The position numbers and the translations under genes were made by a program. A DNA stretch of 43,585 nt from Bacteroidales bacterium Bact_23 (GTDB taxonomy: Bacteria; Bacteroidota; Bacteroidia; Bacteroidales; Lentimicrobiaceae): assembly GCA_001603685.1 (NCBI GenBank), contig LUZO01000043.1, positions 1 through 43,585 of the forward strand, written 5' to 3'. This document shows, one piece after another, positions 9,945-18,815 of the stretch. Positions within the stretch are counted from its first letter, which is position 1, and each line of letters starts with the position of its first letter. The notes beneath the pieces are model-generated. The model saw only the letters and a list, made by a program, of their open reading frames with translations. It ran no database searches and was not told the DNA's origin.

Positions 9945-11885
9945 ATGAAAAGAAGCATTTTTTTCCTTCTGCTGTGGTTAACCGGACTCTTCATAACCGA
10001 GGTCGGAGCGCAGACCTTTAACAAGGCAGAAGGCATTGCAGCGCCTGCTGCCGAACCGGCCGGAAGTAGTAAGGCAAGGGTGAATAATGCTGTTTCAGGC
10101 AATCTGATTGAGGGTTTTGAAAATTACGATGACTTCAGCCTCGAGTTTCCGCCCTGGACGCTTCTTGATCTGGATGGCGGCCACACCTGGGGAATCGATG
10201 GGGTACAATTCAAGAATCAGTACGCTCCGATGTCATTTATCATTTTCAATCCATCCGCAACCGTGCCGCCCATGACAAACCCGGCTATTGCCCCCTATCA
10301 GGGTTTTAAGTTTGCCGCCTGTTTTGCTTCCAACGGAGTAAAAAACAACGACTGGCTGATATCACCGCCGCTGGAAGCGGGCACCAACACTTCGGTTTCG
10401 TTCAGGGTAAAATCATACACCTCGCAGTATGGCCTTGAGCGCTACAGGGTTGCGGTTTCAACCACCGGAACCAATCCCGCTGATTTCACCTACATTTCGG
10501 GAATTAACTACCTGACCGCCCCCGCCGGCGAATGGGAAAAGAAAACATTCGACCTCAACGCCTATAACGGAAAAACCATTCACATTGCCATTCAGTGCGT
10601 TTCGGATAACGCCTTTATTTTTATGGTTGATGATTTTGTCTATTCAACCATGCTTCCCGAAATCACCCGGATAACCGGGCTGGTTACCGACGCCCTTGAC
10701 GGCAAACCGGTTGCAGGAGCTATGGTGAGCATTGCCGGGCTCAGCACGGTTACCGATGAAAACGGGAACTATACCTTAAACGACATCCCGGAAGGGGAGC
10801 TCAGGGCCGGATTCACCGCGGACATTACCCAGGGAATAGCTCCGATGACTGTCAGTTTCAACGATTTATCGTCAGAAAACAACTATATCCTGACCTGCGA
10901 AAAGGACGGCTACATCACCTACGAGAACGATCAGGTTGTTATCCCGAAAGGGGAAAAGCTGGAATTGAACATCTCTCTGTCGCGCAACCTGCCTGAAGGA
11001 GCCATGCGGTTCGTGCTTAACTGGGGCCCCTACCCCGCCGACCTGGATTCGCACCTCAATACACCGGAAATTGAAGGAGAAGCCTACCATATCTATTATC
11101 ACAACAAGGGAAGTTCCACCTCTGCACCTTACGCAACGCTCGATTACGATGTTACCACCGGATATGGTCCCGAAACCATGACCATTTATCAACTGTTCAA
11201 TGGCACTTACAGGTATTACATCCACAATTACTCCGAAACGCCTGCAATTACCTCATCGCACGCCGTTTTGCAGATCTACAGTTACGACAGCCTGGTAAAA
11301 ACCATTCAGATTCCGCCAACGGGTATGGGACACTATTGGTATGTATGCGATATCAACGGGGCAACCGGACAGGTAAATGTCGTTAACCGGATTCAAAATG
11401 CACCTCCGGGAGGCTTCCATTTTGAATTGCCGGCAAAAAAATCCGCCTCCGGCACTACTTCGCGAAATATCCTCTCATGGCACTGGGATTTTGGCGATGG
11501 AGCAACCTCAGAACAGCAAAACCCCGCACATACTTTTTCCGCGCCGGGAAACTACACCATAACACTTACGGTATCAAACGGTTCTGAAATTGCAATTGAA
11601 ACCAAACCCGCCTATATCCGGGCCGGATCGCTGGGGATAGCTGAAAATGCGCTTTCGCGAAGAATTAAGGTATATCCGGTGCCGGCCGATACCCATATCG
11701 TGATAGATTCGCCGGAACCGATACAAACGGTAAGGATATTGGATATGGCCGGAAATGAAACTGCGGCAATAAAGGATAACCGCTTTAAAACGACGCTGAA
11801 CCTCGGATTTCTGAAAAGCGGCAACTACCTGCTTATCATCGAAACAGAGAAGGGCACCGCCACAAAAAAGATTTCAGTAAACTGA
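9945..11885 (+). CDS. T9SS-secreted multidomain surface protein (cleaved-adhesin/choice-of-anchor-J-like, carboxypeptidase-regulatory-like, DLDSH/GPE domain, PKD, type A CTD)
   Basis: Signal peptide; GFE..PWTLLDLDG, NDWLISP, FMVDD; ITGLVTD..TDENGNY; WG..DLDSH..GYGPE; WDFGDG..NPAHTF; C-terminal VYPVPA..GNYLLII..KKISVN. Confidence 0.82.
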   Translation: MKRSIFFLLLWLTGLFITEVGAQTFNKAEGIAAPAAEPAGSSKARVNNAVSGNLIEGFENYDDFSLEFPPWTLLDLDGGHTWGIDGVQFKNQYAPMSFIIFNPSATVPPMTNPAIAPYQGFKFAACFASNGVKNNDWLISPPLEAGTNTSVSFRVKSYTSQYGLERYRVAVSTTGTNPADFTYISGINYLTAPAGEWEKKTFDLNAYNGKTIHIAIQCVSDNAFIFMVDDFVYSTMLPEITRITGLVTDALDGKPVAGAMVSIAGLSTVTDENGNYTLNDIPEGELRAGFTADITQGIAPMTVSFNDLSSENNYILTCEKDGYITYENDQVVIPKGEKLELNISLSRNLPEGAMRFVLNWGPYPADLDSHLNTPEIEGEAYHIYYHNKGSSTSAPYATLDYDVTTGYGPETMTIYQLFNGTYRYYIHNYSETPAITSSHAVLQIYSYDSLVKTIQIPPTGMGHYWYVCDINGATGQVNVVNRIQNAPPGGFHFELPAKKSASGTTSRNILSWHWDFGDGATSEQQNPAHTFSAPGNYTITLTVSNGSEIAIETKPAYIRAGSLGIAENALSRRIKVYPVPADTHIVIDSPEPIQTVRILDMAGNETAAIKDNRFKTTLNLGFLKSGNYLLIIETEKGTATKKISVN

Positions 11886-11904
11886 TTGCCGGGACTGCAA
11901 CAGC

Positions 11905-12426
11905 CTAAAACAATTCACGCGCCTCTTTCTTCAGGTATTCCAGGGCCTTGTACAGAATGGAGCCCTCACTGCTGAGTTCATCCTCAAAAATCAACTGGGC
12001 GAGGTCGGTGGCCGTTGCTTTTTCATTGAGGTTTTCGGCAGCGGTATTTATGGCGGAAATCAGCGATTCGCGGGTATTTTTCACCAGCTCCCAGGCGTTG
12101 GATGAGATGTAGAGCTGCTGCGAAAGATTGTGATCGAACTCCTGGCGTATGTTATCGATAAGCGCTTTCTGCATCTCCCTGGCGCTCATACCCGCCCCGA
12201 TGTTCCGCATAATAAGCTGCGAAGGGGTAATCCGCTCGAGCAGCAGCACCACCCTTTCGTAAGCCTGAAGCCGAACCGGGCTGATCAGTTTCATCCGTTC
12301 TATTTTGCTTTCGAGTTCTCTTCTTTCAGCTTCCGCCTTTGTGAAGTTTTTCAGCAGAAAATATACCGCGAGGCCAACGAGGGCCGCCGGGACGAGAATA
12401 AGAATCAGATCGCGAAGTAATTCCAT
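11905..12426 (-). CDS. Conserved hypothetical protein with N-terminal membrane anchor
   Basis: 173 aa; hydrophobic N-terminal helix followed by a helical domain (LQAYER..LLERI, EFDHNLSQQLY); fills the intergenic space. Confidence 0.7.
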   Translation of the reverse strand: MELLRDLILILVPAALVGLAVYFLLKNFTKAEAERRELESKIERMKLISPVRLQAYERVVLLLERITPSQLIMRNIGAGMSAREMQKALIDNIRQEFDHNLSQQLYISSNAWELVKNTRESLISAINTAAENLNEKATATDLAQLIFEDELSSEGSILYKALEYLKKEARELF

Positions 12427-12565
12427 AAAGCGCAGTTTTTGTCAGGAAAGCGCAAAGGTCGGAATTTTTCGGATTTTTAATTGATTAAATGCTTGTTTGG
12501 CAAGTTTTAATTTCCTTAAATTTGTCCGAAACAGAATATCCGTGCCGTTAACCAACCTAAACGCT

Positions 12566-13768
12566 ATGAATATACTATCAGAAAGAATCCACAGGCTGGC
12601 AGAATCCGAGACGCTGGCCATGACAAGACGAAGCCGTGAGCTTAAGGAGCAGGGCTTTGATGTTATCAATCTGAGCATCGGCCAGCCTGACTTCAACACC
12701 CCGGAGTACATTAAGGCTGCAGCCCGTGAAGCGCTTGATCAGAACTTCACCTTTTACTCACCGGTGAGCGGATATCCCGACCTGAGGAAGGCCATCTGCC
12801 ATAAGCTGAAGCGTGACAACAACCTCGACTACACTCCGGAGCAGATTGTGGTTTCGACCGGTGCCAAACAATCGCTCGCCAACGCCATGCTGGCCCTGGT
12901 AAATCCCGGTGACGAAGTCATCGTTCCCGCCCCCTACTGGGTTTCGTACAAGGAGATTGTGAAGCTGGCTGAAGGCACACCCGTATTTATCCATGCCGGC
13001 GTGGATACCGATTTCAAGATTACTCCCGAACAGCTTGAGCAGGCCATTACCCCGAAATCGAAGGTTTTCATTTTCAGCAGCCCCTGCAACCCCACCGGAT
13101 CGGTATATTCGCGTGAAGAGCTGGCCGGCCTTGCCGCCGTTTTCAGCAAACATCCGGGGATTTTCATTATTTCGGACGAAATTTACGAGCTGATCAACTT
13201 CAAGGGTAAGCACGAGTCGATTGCACAGTTCCCCGAAATAAGGGAGCGGGTTATTCTGGTAAACGGAGTTTCAAAAGGTTTCGCAATGACCGGCTGGAGG
13301 CTCGGATATTGCGCCACCTCACTTGAGATTGCCAAAGCGTGCGATAAAATCCAGGGGCAGGTTACTTCGGGCACCTGCAGCATCACCCAACGGGCTGCCA
13401 TCGCCGCACTGATGACTGATCCCGCCCAATCGGAGGAACTGCAGCATATGATAGAAACCTTCAGGCAAAGGCGCGAACTCTTTGTAAAACTGCTGAACGA
13501 CATTCCCGGCTTCAGAACCAACCTGCCCGACGGCGCGTTCTACTTCTTCCCCGATGTGACCTCCTACTTCGGAAAATCAAACGGAAGCGTAAAAATCAAC
13601 AACGCCACCGATCTGTGCAACTACCTGCTCGACAATGCCCATGTTGCCATCGTATCGGGCGATGCATTCGGCAATCCCGACTGCATCAGGCTTTCATACG
13701 CCACTTCGAACGAAGAACTGATTGAAGCTGCACGGAGAATCAAGGAAAAACTGGCCTTGCTGCATTGA
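12566..13768 (+). CDS. Class I PLP-dependent (aspartate-type) aminotransferase
   Basis: Start ATG 12566; GQPDF, GAKQS, PCNPTG, SDEIY, SKGFAMTGWRLGY (PLP Lys); TAAATTTG -7 box at 12517-12524. Confidence 0.93.
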   Translation: MNILSERIHRLAESETLAMTRRSRELKEQGFDVINLSIGQPDFNTPEYIKAAAREALDQNFTFYSPVSGYPDLRKAICHKLKRDNNLDYTPEQIVVSTGAKQSLANAMLALVNPGDEVIVPAPYWVSYKEIVKLAEGTPVFIHAGVDTDFKITPEQLEQAITPKSKVFIFSSPCNPTGSVYSREELAGLAAVFSKHPGIFIISDEIYELINFKGKHESIAQFPEIRERVILVNGVSKGFAMTGWRLGYCATSLEIAKACDKIQGQVTSGTCSITQRAAIAALMTDPAQSEELQHMIETFRQRRELFVKLLNDIPGFRTNLPDGAFYFFPDVTSYFGKSNGSVKINNATDLCNYLLDNAHVAIVSGDAFGNPDCIRLSYATSNEELIEAARRIKEKLALLH

Positions 13769-13792
13769 TTTCCGGTTGATTCAGCGAACACC

Positions 13793-13835
13793 AAAAACGG
13801 CTTGTTTTAAAAATCGGAAAACAAGCCGTTTTTTT
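13793..13835 (+). terminator. Intrinsic terminator
   Basis: AAAAACGGCTTGTTTT ... AAAACAAGCCGTTTTT stem ending in a T-run. Confidence 0.8.
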
Positions 13836-14046
13836 ATGGGTTACAAAACACTTCCCGCAGACATTAATCACTGATAGCGGTTAAAAATATCAGGGCATCA
13901 GTAATTTAAATAAAAAGCTACATTCTGATGCAAAATCACAATGGTATAACCTATCTTTGCGCCTTAAAAATTTTCAATCGCTATAAAAAAAGGTTTACAA
14001 CAACCGGGGAAATATCCCGGAATTATAATACAACTCAGGCCTTTAG

Positions 14047-15009
14047 ATGGAAAAGAATAATGAAAAACCGGTAAGATTTGCGCTGGTGGGCGCTGCCGGA
14101 TATATTGCGCCCAGGCACATGAAAGCCATTAAGGATACGGGAAACATTCTGGTGGCTGCCCTCGACAAATACGATGGAATCGGAATCATTGACAGCTATT
14201 TCCCGGATGCAGAATTTTTTACTGAGCCCGAACGCTTCGACCGCCATATCGACAAGCTTCGCCGCGGTAAAGTCAACAAGATTGACTATGTGAGCATCTG
14301 TACGCCCAATTACCTGCACGATGCCCATATCAGGCTTGCGCTCCGGAACGATGCACATGCCATTTGCGAGAAACCCATCGTGCTGAATCCCTGGAATGTG
14401 GATGCGCTGTGTAATGTTGAGCGTGAAACCGGTAAAAACATCTATACCATTCTTCAACTCAGGCTTCATCCGGCCATTATGGCGCTGAAAAAGAAGATAG
14501 AAGAGGGGCCCGAAGACAAGATTTACGATGTTGATCTTACCTACATCACCAGCCGCGGCAGATGGTATTACATTTCGTGGAAAGGCGATGTGGAAAAATC
14601 GGGCGGCGTTGCCACCAACATCGGCGTTCACTTTTTCGACATGCTGACCTGGATTTTCGGCGATGTGGACCAGCAGATTGTGCATGCGCTTGAGCCTTCA
14701 AAAGCGGCCGGATTTATGCAACTGAAAAGGGCAAGGGTGCGCTGGTACCTGAGCCTTGACTCGAAAGACCTGCCCAAAGTTGCCATGGATGCCGGCAAGC
14801 GTACCTTCCGTTCGCTTACCATCGAAGGCGATGAATTTGAATTCAGCGATGGTTTTACCGACCTGCATACCGTTTCGTATCAGGATATCCTCTCAGGAGG
14901 CGGTTTCAGGCTGACCGATGCAAGGCCGAGCATCAAAACCGTTTACGAAATCAGAAACTTCAAGCCGGTTGGTTTTAAAGGCGATTACCATCCCTTTGGA
15001 AAACAATAA
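14047..15009 (+). CDS. wbpB: UDP-GlcNAcA 3-dehydrogenase-like (WbpB/WlbA, Gfo/Idh/MocA family)
   Basis: GAAGYIAPRH, PNYLHDAH, CEKP, SWKGD..KSGGVATNIGVHFFD, FSDGFTDLH; TATCTTTG -7 box at 13952-13959. Confidence 0.85.
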   Translation: MEKNNEKPVRFALVGAAGYIAPRHMKAIKDTGNILVAALDKYDGIGIIDSYFPDAEFFTEPERFDRHIDKLRRGKVNKIDYVSICTPNYLHDAHIRLALRNDAHAICEKPIVLNPWNVDALCNVERETGKNIYTILQLRLHPAIMALKKKIEEGPEDKIYDVDLTYITSRGRWYYISWKGDVEKSGGVATNIGVHFFDMLTWIFGDVDQQIVHALEPSKAAGFMQLKRARVRWYLSLDSKDLPKVAMDAGKRTFRSLTIEGDEFEFSDGFTDLHTVSYQDILSGGGFRLTDARPSIKTVYEIRNFKPVGFKGDYHPFGKQ

Positions 15010-15066
15010 AACCGGGCAACTGTTGCCTTTACTTATTTGAAATATTAATTGCTAAAAAAAAGAACA

Positions 15067-16326
15067 ATGAACGAAACTTATAAAATTGGCGTAATCGGAC
15101 TGGGTTATGTAGGACTGCCCCTTGCCGTTGAGTTTGGAAAAATCCATGATGTTGTCGGTTTCGACATCAATCAGGAGCGTATAAAAGAGCTGGAAGCAGG
15201 ACACGACCGTACACTTGAGACTTCTGACGAAGACCTGGCTGCCGCCGTTCATCTGAAATACACCACCAGCCCCGATGCCCTTAAGAACTGCAATTACTAT
15301 ATCGTTACCGTCCCCACCCCTATTGATAAGAACAAAAGACCCGACCTGACTCCGCTGATCAAGGCATCGGAAACCGTTGGGAAAGTGCTGAAAAAGGGCG
15401 ATATCGTTATCTATGAATCAACCGTTTATCCGGGCGCCACTGAGGAAGATTGCGTACCCGTTCTGGAGAAGTTCTCAGGCCTGAAGTACAACAGCGATTT
15501 TTACTGCGGCTATTCCCCCGAACGCATCAATCCGGGCGACAAGGTGCATACGGTTACCAAAATCATGAAGGTTACTTCCGGTTCCACACCCGAAGTTGCC
15601 GGAAAGGTGGATGCCCTGTATAAGACCATCATTAAAGCCGGAACCTACATGGCAAGCAGCATTAAGGTTGCCGAAGCGGCAAAGGTAATCGAGAACTCGC
15701 AGCGCGATATCAACATTGCCTTTGTAAACGAACTGGCCATGATCTTCAACAAAGCGGGTATCGACACCCAGGAGGTGCTTGCCGCAGCCGGCACCAAATG
15801 GAACTTCCTGAAATTCACCCCGGGCCTGGTTGGCGGGCACTGTATCGGCGTTGATCCCTACTACCTTACCCACAAGGCTCAGGAGCTGGGATACAACCCG
15901 GAAATCATCCTTGCAGGCCGCCGCCTGAACGACAATATGGGCTTTTATGTGGCCAACCGCACCATCAAGCTGATGATTAAAAAGGGAATACCCGTAGCCG
16001 ATAGCCGTATTCTGGTTCTGGGAATCACTTTCAAGGAGAACTGCCCCGATATCCGGAACTCCAGGGTTATTGATGTCATCGAAGAGCTGAAGGATTTCTC
16101 ATGCAAAGTGGAGGTTTATGATCCCTGGGCAAGCCCCGAAGAGGTAAAGCACGAATATGGCATCGACCTGATTGAGAAACCCTCCGGCAAATACGACGCC
16201 ATAGTGCTGGCCGTTTCACACAACGAATTTAAGACCATGGATATCGCAAAAATCAAAAATGGAAGCGCCGTTATTTACGATATCAAAGGACTGCTCGACA
16301 AGAACCTGGCGGATGAGCGGCTGTAG
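15067..16326 (+). CDS. UDP-N-acetyl-hexosamine 6-dehydrogenase (TviB/WbpO family)
   Basis: Start ATG 15067; [39 protein letters not shown] (catalytic Cys), [12 protein letters not shown]. Confidence 0.9.
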   Translation: MNETYKIGVIGLGYVGLPLAVEFGKIHDVVGFDINQERIKELEAGHDRTLETSDEDLAAAVHLKYTTSPDALKNCNYYIVTVPTPIDKNKRPDLTPLIKASETVGKVLKKGDIVIYESTVYPGATEEDCVPVLEKFSGLKYNSDFYCGYSPERINPGDKVHTVTKIMKVTSGSTPEVAGKVDALYKTIIKAGTYMASSIKVAEAAKVIENSQRDINIAFVNELAMIFNKAGIDTQEVLAAAGTKWNFLKFTPGLVGGHCIGVDPYYLTHKAQELGYNPEIILAGRRLNDNMGFYVANRTIKLMIKKGIPVADSRILVLGITFKENCPDIRNSRVIDVIEELKDFSCKVEVYDPWASPEEVKHEYGIDLIEKPSGKYDAIVLAVSHNEFKTMDIAKIKNGSAVIYDIKGLLDKNLADERL

Positions 16327-16406
16327 ATAAGTTTTTGCCTGCAATGCAGCGAAGAGAGCAACTCCAAAACCATCACAACTATTTAAATGCGAATACAATG
16401 CATTTA

Positions 16407-16517
16407 AGCAGTGCAAACAGTGCAACAATCGACACCATAATCAAAGTATTCAAAGCCTTGAAAGCAGAAATAAACTTCAATGTAAAACTTGAAGACAATT
16501 TTATAAAACTCGTCTGA
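16407..16517 (+). pseudogene. C-terminal remnant of an XRE-family HTH (antitoxin-like) gene
   Basis: SSANSATIDTIIKVFKALKAEINFNVKLED resembles the post-HTH tail of Bacteroidota XRE proteins; the upstream part of the ORF shows no HTH. Confidence 0.5.
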
Positions 16518-16609
16518 CAAACAGGTTCGCTGCTACGCATTCCGTTACCTTTCATACTGCCAAATCGTTACTCTTTTTCTTATAGAAACCGCTCTTCACC
16601 CAAAAGCCA

Positions 16610-17140
16610 ATGCCCCTTCAGATAACCTTAAGACAGGAAACCCCGGAAGATTATGAAGAAATCTTTGAACTTAACCGTATTGCTTTTGGGCAGGATAATG
16701 AAGCAAATCTGGTTGAGGCTTTGAGAGAAAATCCTGCGGTTTTCATTCCGGAACTTTCAATTGTAGCGGCTTTAAACAACAAAATAACCGGGCATATTTT
16801 ATTTACCAGAATCAGCGTAAAGGATGAAAGCGGAGCGCTGCACGAAAGTTTAGGACTGGCGCCAATGGCTGTGAGGCCTGAATTTCAGAAAAAAGGAATT
16901 GGCGGCCGGCTGATCAGAAAAGGACTGGAAGCAGCAAAAGAGCTGGGCTTTAAATCGGTAATCGTCCTTGGGCACGAACATTATTACCCGAAATTTGGAT
17001 TTGAACCGGCCGGAAAATGGAACATTAAGGCACCTTTTGAGGTTTCGGACAATGCATTTATGGCAATTGAACTGGTGAATGACGGATTAAAGAATGTATC
17101 GGGGACAGTTATTTACCCGAAAGAGTTTGATGGGATATAG
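16610..17140 (+). CDS. GNAT N-acetyltransferase (YhbS-like)
   Basis: GHILF, LGLAPMAVRPEFQKKGIGGRLI (acetyl-CoA motif A), VLGHEHYYPKFGF. Confidence 0.9.
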   Translation: MPLQITLRQETPEDYEEIFELNRIAFGQDNEANLVEALRENPAVFIPELSIVAALNNKITGHILFTRISVKDESGALHESLGLAPMAVRPEFQKKGIGGRLIRKGLEAAKELGFKSVIVLGHEHYYPKFGFEPAGKWNIKAPFEVSDNAFMAIELVNDGLKNVSGTVIYPKEFDGI

Positions 17141-17169
17141 TAACAAGACCGTGCACTTCATAATTCCAT

Positions 17170-17198
17170 AAAAAAATGCCGGCATTCACCGGCATTTT
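17170..17198. terminator. Bidirectional terminator
   Basis: AAAATGCCGG-CATTCA-CCGGCATTTT between the convergent GNAT and OsmC genes. Confidence 0.75.
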
Positions 17199-17200
17199 AC

Positions 17201-17587
17201 TTACATTACAGCTTCCACCAGCATTACGGGCGGATTGTGCAGGTGCTTTTTCACTGCGCACAGATTTGCGGCATTGATTACTGCATCCTTATATTTCTCA
17301 GGGAATGAAGGGGGCAGCAATATCCTGATCCGGATGGTTCCAATGCGGCGGTTTTCGTGGTCGTATTCCATCTCCTGCTCCAGGCTGATGCCTTCGGTGG
17401 AAATTCCGCGCTGATCGCAGAACGATTTTACATAGATGCCTGCACAGGTTCCCAGCGAAACCAGAAAAAGATCGAACGGAGCCGGTGCGCTACCATCCCC
17501 TCCTCCCCTTACGGGCTGATCGGTTACAATGGTGTATCCGTTAAAATCGGCGATTACCTTCTTTTTTCCTTCAAATGTGATTTTCAT
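17201..17587 (-). CDS. OsmC family protein
   Basis: TDQP..GGDGSAPAPFDLFL.SLGTC and LCAVKK Cys pair. Confidence 0.85.
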   Translation of the reverse strand: MKITFEGKKKVIADFNGYTIVTDQPVRGGGDGSAPAPFDLFLVSLGTCAGIYVKSFCDQRGISTEGISLEQEMEYDHENRRIGTIRIRILLPPSFPEKYKDAVINAANLCAVKKHLHNPPVMLVEAVM

Positions 17588-17621
17588 GAATTCAGTCTGA
17601 AATTTATGGTTATATATTTGG

Positions 17622-18806
17622 TTACATGAATGTTAGCGACACCTCTTTAAGGAACTTCTCTTCGAGCAGGCGGGCTATCCGCTTCACCACCGTACGCCTG
17701 ATTTCAAGTTCCACGGGCAGGCTTGGATCCTGGTGGGCAATATTGATGCGCGTTCCGATAAGAAAGTGGATTTCGTCGCTTTCGAGCAGCATTTTCACAA
17801 TGCGGTCGGCGGGGCCTTTGGTAAGGCGGGTGGTGCTGTTGTACGATTTCAGGATTTCGGTTACCTTACCAAGAGTAAGAATCCCTTCGGTAACCAGATC
17901 AACGCCTTCCATCATCGAGATGGGCGGCAGATCGGGATCGTCGAAGTCGAAAGTATCTTCGATGTTGCGTTTCAACTCCCTGGCAATGATATCGGCGGTA
18001 GTGGCGCCTGAAACAATCTTCTTGCCATCGAACTTTTCAACCACCCGTGCGTACTCGGCATCCTTCTCCTCCTCGAAAGGTGGGCCGGTACAGATCAGCA
18101 TCTTTCTGGGTTCGCGGAAATAGATTACCGCGCAAGAGGTATCGTCCTTGCTCATGTAACCGTCGTTTACATGGGCCATATTCACCACCTTGTGCGCCAG
18201 TTGCTGGGCCGAGATGTTGTATTCGTGGCTCACCAGTTCCTGGACATACTGCAGGGCATTGTCGCGCCCCCATCCGAAAAGGTATTTTCCTCCGCCAAGG
18301 CCCGATTGGGCAACGCCATCGCTGAAAAAGATGATACGGTCTTCCTTTTCGGCAATAAATTCGCAGCTTTTCAGCTCTTTTCCTTCACTTTTCCCCCCTT
18401 CAAGCATCACGCAGGTCCATTCGGGTTCGAAAATCTTCTTTCCACGCATCACAATGGCCTGCGGATTGTCATACTCCAGAATTTTCACCCTCCCGTCCGA
18501 TTCTATATCCACGATGGTAAATGTGGAATAGCTCATCTTTCGCTCGCTGCATACCGGAAGGGTATTCATGATAATTTCGGCAATCCGGTTTGTTTCCTTG
18601 TGTTCGGCTGTAAAACTGAGCGCCATGGTTGCCGTAAGGGTTGCCAGCATATTGGCCTTAACGCCGTGCCCCATCCCGTCGGAGAGCACCGCAATTATCC
18701 TGTTCTCCTCACTGATGCGCCTGAAAAGGAACACGTCGCCGCATATGCGCGACTCGTGATGGAATTTGAATTCCGCATTGACTTCTATATAGAACTTGTT
18801 ATCCAT
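17622..18806 (-). CDS. SpoIIE/PP2C Ser/Thr phosphatase, hydrogenase-associated (HfsC-like)
   Basis: CGD, LSDGMGHG, FSDGV and DDTS metal-binding motifs, plus C-terminal extension (GPP..D, GATT, GVDLVTEGILTL, GTRINIAHQDP). Confidence 0.88.
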   Translation of the reverse strand: MDNKFYIEVNAEFKFHHESRICGDVFLFRRISEENRIIAVLSDGMGHGVKANMLATLTATMALSFTAEHKETNRIAEIIMNTLPVCSERKMSYSTFTIVDIESDGRVKILEYDNPQAIVMRGKKIFEPEWTCVMLEGGKSEGKELKSCEFIAEKEDRIIFFSDGVAQSGLGGGKYLFGWGRDNALQYVQELVSHEYNISAQQLAHKVVNMAHVNDGYMSKDDTSCAVIYFREPRKMLICTGPPFEEEKDAEYARVVEKFDGKKIVSGATTADIIARELKRNIEDTFDFDDPDLPPISMMEGVDLVTEGILTLGKVTEILKSYNSTTRLTKGPADRIVKMLLESDEIHFLIGTRINIAHQDPSLPVELEIRRTVVKRIARLLEEKFLKEVSLTFM

Positions 18807-18815
18807 GCGATGCGG

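Noticed and set aside
16518-16575. attC-like cassette site between the XRE remnant and the GNAT
   Set aside because: No proper RYYYAAC...GTTRRRY pair or convincing palindrome, and no integrase
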